From Paraphysomonas bandaiensis (taxonomy: Eukaryota > Protista > Chrysophyceae): a stretch of DNA of 64,000 bases. The translations under genes and the position numbers were made by a program. The stretch covers positions 124,001 to 188,000 of the forward strand of contig CBFFRP010000149.1 in the NCBI GenBank assembly GCA_965644295.1, given 5' to 3'. Within the stretch, counting starts at the first letter, position 1, and every line of letters starts with the position of its first letter. Of this stretch, positions 61,701-64,000 are shown piece after piece. The notes below the pieces were generated by a model that saw nothing but the letters and a program-made list of their open reading frames with translations, made no database searches and was not told the DNA's origin.

Positions 61701-63340
61701 TAGTACAGGACGCTGAAGACACAGAGTCTGCAAAAGTTGGAGAGTATACATACGGAAGATCTTCAAGAGGTGTTGCAATTGTAATACGCCATGGTACTAG
61801 CTTATTACATGAGCTAGGTATTTGAAGTCTTTCCTAGCCGGGTTGTGTCTGTCAGGTAGTTGAGAGTATAATGGATAGAAGTAGCGTTTATTGACAACTA
61901 CTACCAGGCTGTTTGACGCTTCTATTAATGAGTTTTTTGTTCCTACGGGTTGGTCGCGTCATGTTAATATCCACTGGTTGATGAGCTCCTGTGTAGCGGA
62001 AGGGGAAGCTCAAAGGTCCTATGACACTCGAGAAACGAATCCTGCCCTGGGTGTTCGAGGTTGCAGGTGGAAGCATGGTTTAATTTGAGTATCAACATCC
62101 CTTACGTTCTGTTTTAAAGGAGAGCCATTGTTGATCCCGATTTTCTGATTATGCAAATACGTGCTATAATGAGTACGTTGAAATGTATATTGAAAGTATA
62201 CTGATTACTTGTGGTTCAGCGGCTGGAATCAATGTGATGAAGAATGGAAAACCTGTTAGCCTTGATGTTCTTGTACCGATGCTCACTTCTGAACATGAGG
62301 TATTAATTGATTAAAGTTTTATACGATTGTATTATTGGTATTTATCAACAATCGTCAGTTGGAAATGGTTATCGAAACAATCAACTCTGCTACGGACAAG
62401 GTATTTGCTATAGCCTGTAGCGTATATGTATTCGACTCATGCTTGGTATACAGATTTTTGAGGAGAAAGGGGCCAAAATTGAATTCCGTATTGGTGCCAT
62501 TATCGAGGTCATTGTTAGCTTTTGTGAGAGACTGATTTCATTTTGCTAATAGACCCCTCGCGCCTGTCTTCGCGCCAACAAAATCGTAAAAACGGTAGCA
62601 CTATATGAAGGGATTTCAGTTCTGACCAAGATTATGTAGGAGGGGCTTGGACTCGTTGTATTTGGTCTTGACCGACTCACCGAGCTGACATGTGGACTCT
62701 CAAAGTGCTATATAGCTTCATACACAATGGCAATAATTCACACCTTTCTACTAGGGATGACACTAAAGAGATGATTGCTACGTATAACGCGCAGGGAATC
62801 ATTCATAAGGGTATGAGTTGATAGAACATGTTCACAGGAAGCTTGTAATGATCTAGTGATTGTGTGTCTAGACCCCTTCCGTGCCCTCGATAAGCGTGGC
62901 GTTGGAGCCCTTCTAACAGCTGGGGTACGCTTAGTCCGGTAAGTTTGACGTTGCATAGTCTAGTTGATAGCAACACGTATCATGTATAAATCGCAGAACG
63001 ACTATTGGTACTATGCCCATTGGGGTTTTTGGCAGTCAATGTGGCCATAGGAAAGCTATCGACTACTTTGATAAGTTGAACTTAGATTTCGTGAGTTTTG
63101 TCAATTACAATGCTATGATAAATTTATGTATCCTGTTTCAATGAGCAGATTGTAAGTTCTATCAATCAAATTCCTTCGGTGAAAATTAGTTGTGCCCAAG
63201 CCTACATCACCGCGATGAAAGGTATGTGCTGTTGCTGCCAATATATGATAATGATGTTATCAGAATCCAAACCGATGTGGTTCGAAGATTCACGAGAAGG
63301 CTTCTTGGAGGATTTCCCGGCCTACCCCTTTCTTATTTAA
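58746..63340 (+). CDS. Pyruvate phosphate dikinase (PPDK)-like protein, more than 30 introns, catalytic residues degenerate
   Basis: Spliced LGLK|GASLCELSK|LGLPVPPGFVIS, PLLLSIRSGAAVDMP|SMMDSVLNVG, GTAVVVQ, EIEFTV, RNESSPDDISG, ITLDGATG, GVGLC|RTE, ETNPALGVRGCR, IE|TPRACL and DPFRALDKRGVGALL. Stop TAA at 63338-63340. Confidence 0.88.
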
Positions 63341-64000
63341 TTGTGGGCAGAGTGGAAGCATAACAGAGGGGCGTTGAATTTTTGTTGTATCGTGGTATAT
63401 TGTTTCGATGATTTTTTGAATTCTATTCGACGTTTCGCGCATTGATTTTTTCAAGACGCTCGAGTACCAGTATTTTCGATATAATTTCATTTTGTACTCG
63501 TGTTCTTTTTCTTTTGTGTTGAATAATAAGAGGGAGTACTTTTCATTGCCTGTTTTTAAAGTAAAATAATTTTAAAGCTTTTACTGAAATCGTAACTTTA
63601 ATTACATATTACATTACTTCTTACTTTAATCAACTTCGACGTATGTAGTATATAGTATGGAATAGGAACCATATGCGTGGACGAGTACTCCTGTTCTCCT
63701 ATTACTGCTAATTTTTTAGCATTAGTCTCTTTACTCTCTCTGTATTCCTTTTTTCTGTCGGAAATTGCTCATTCTTAACTAGATCTCAGAGAGAATTGTC
63801 GCTAGACTAGATAGATTAATTAATATCGTTTACACAAAATGTGATTTGGCCCCAAGCATAATCTCCTCCATATGTGAACCTCTCGTTACTAAACATATCT
63901 TGAAAGTTCGAACTATTTGAGTTTCTCAATATCATCACAGCATTTGTACATCATCACCATGTATTCTCGTACTTTGTCTTCAAGTGCCACACTGAATATA

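Noticed and set aside
1-64000. tRNA, rRNA or other structured RNA genes
   Set aside because: None recognisable by eye. tRNAscan-SE or Infernal would be needed to exclude them.

Overview
Eukaryotic nuclear DNA with many short GT-AG introns (~45-60 nt). PT-repeat proteins and the TE families present suggest a stramenopile-like protist (inference). Host genes: a tandem PH-like protein, a JmjC oxygenase, a RING-CH/DUF179-like fusion, TSR3, a coiled-coil protein, IMPACT, a GET1/WRB-like protein, an OSCA/TMEM63 channel, an LVIVD-propeller/CUB membrane protein, RNASEH2C, a Ulp1-family protease, an EF-hand Na/Ca exchanger-like protein, RFC4, a kinesin with two WW domains and a very intron-rich PPDK homologue. 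Mobile DNA: (1) a full-length Ty1/copia element with apparently identical non-canonical TA..TA LTRs, nested inside an older TG..CA solo LTR; (2) an apparently intact two-ORF PIF/Harbinger-superfamily transposon with an AGT TSD; (3) an 11.4-kb MULE-type element (9-bp TSD) filled with a 28-bp variant minisatellite and five tandem copies of its own right end; (4) several MITE/foldback elements and degraded remnants. The two most unusual items are the satellite-filled, end-amplified MULE (42204-53610) and the PPDK homologue that lacks the phospho-His and other catalytic residues (probable pseudoenzyme). All calls are by eye, with no database searches. Exon boundaries of multi-exon genes are approximate.
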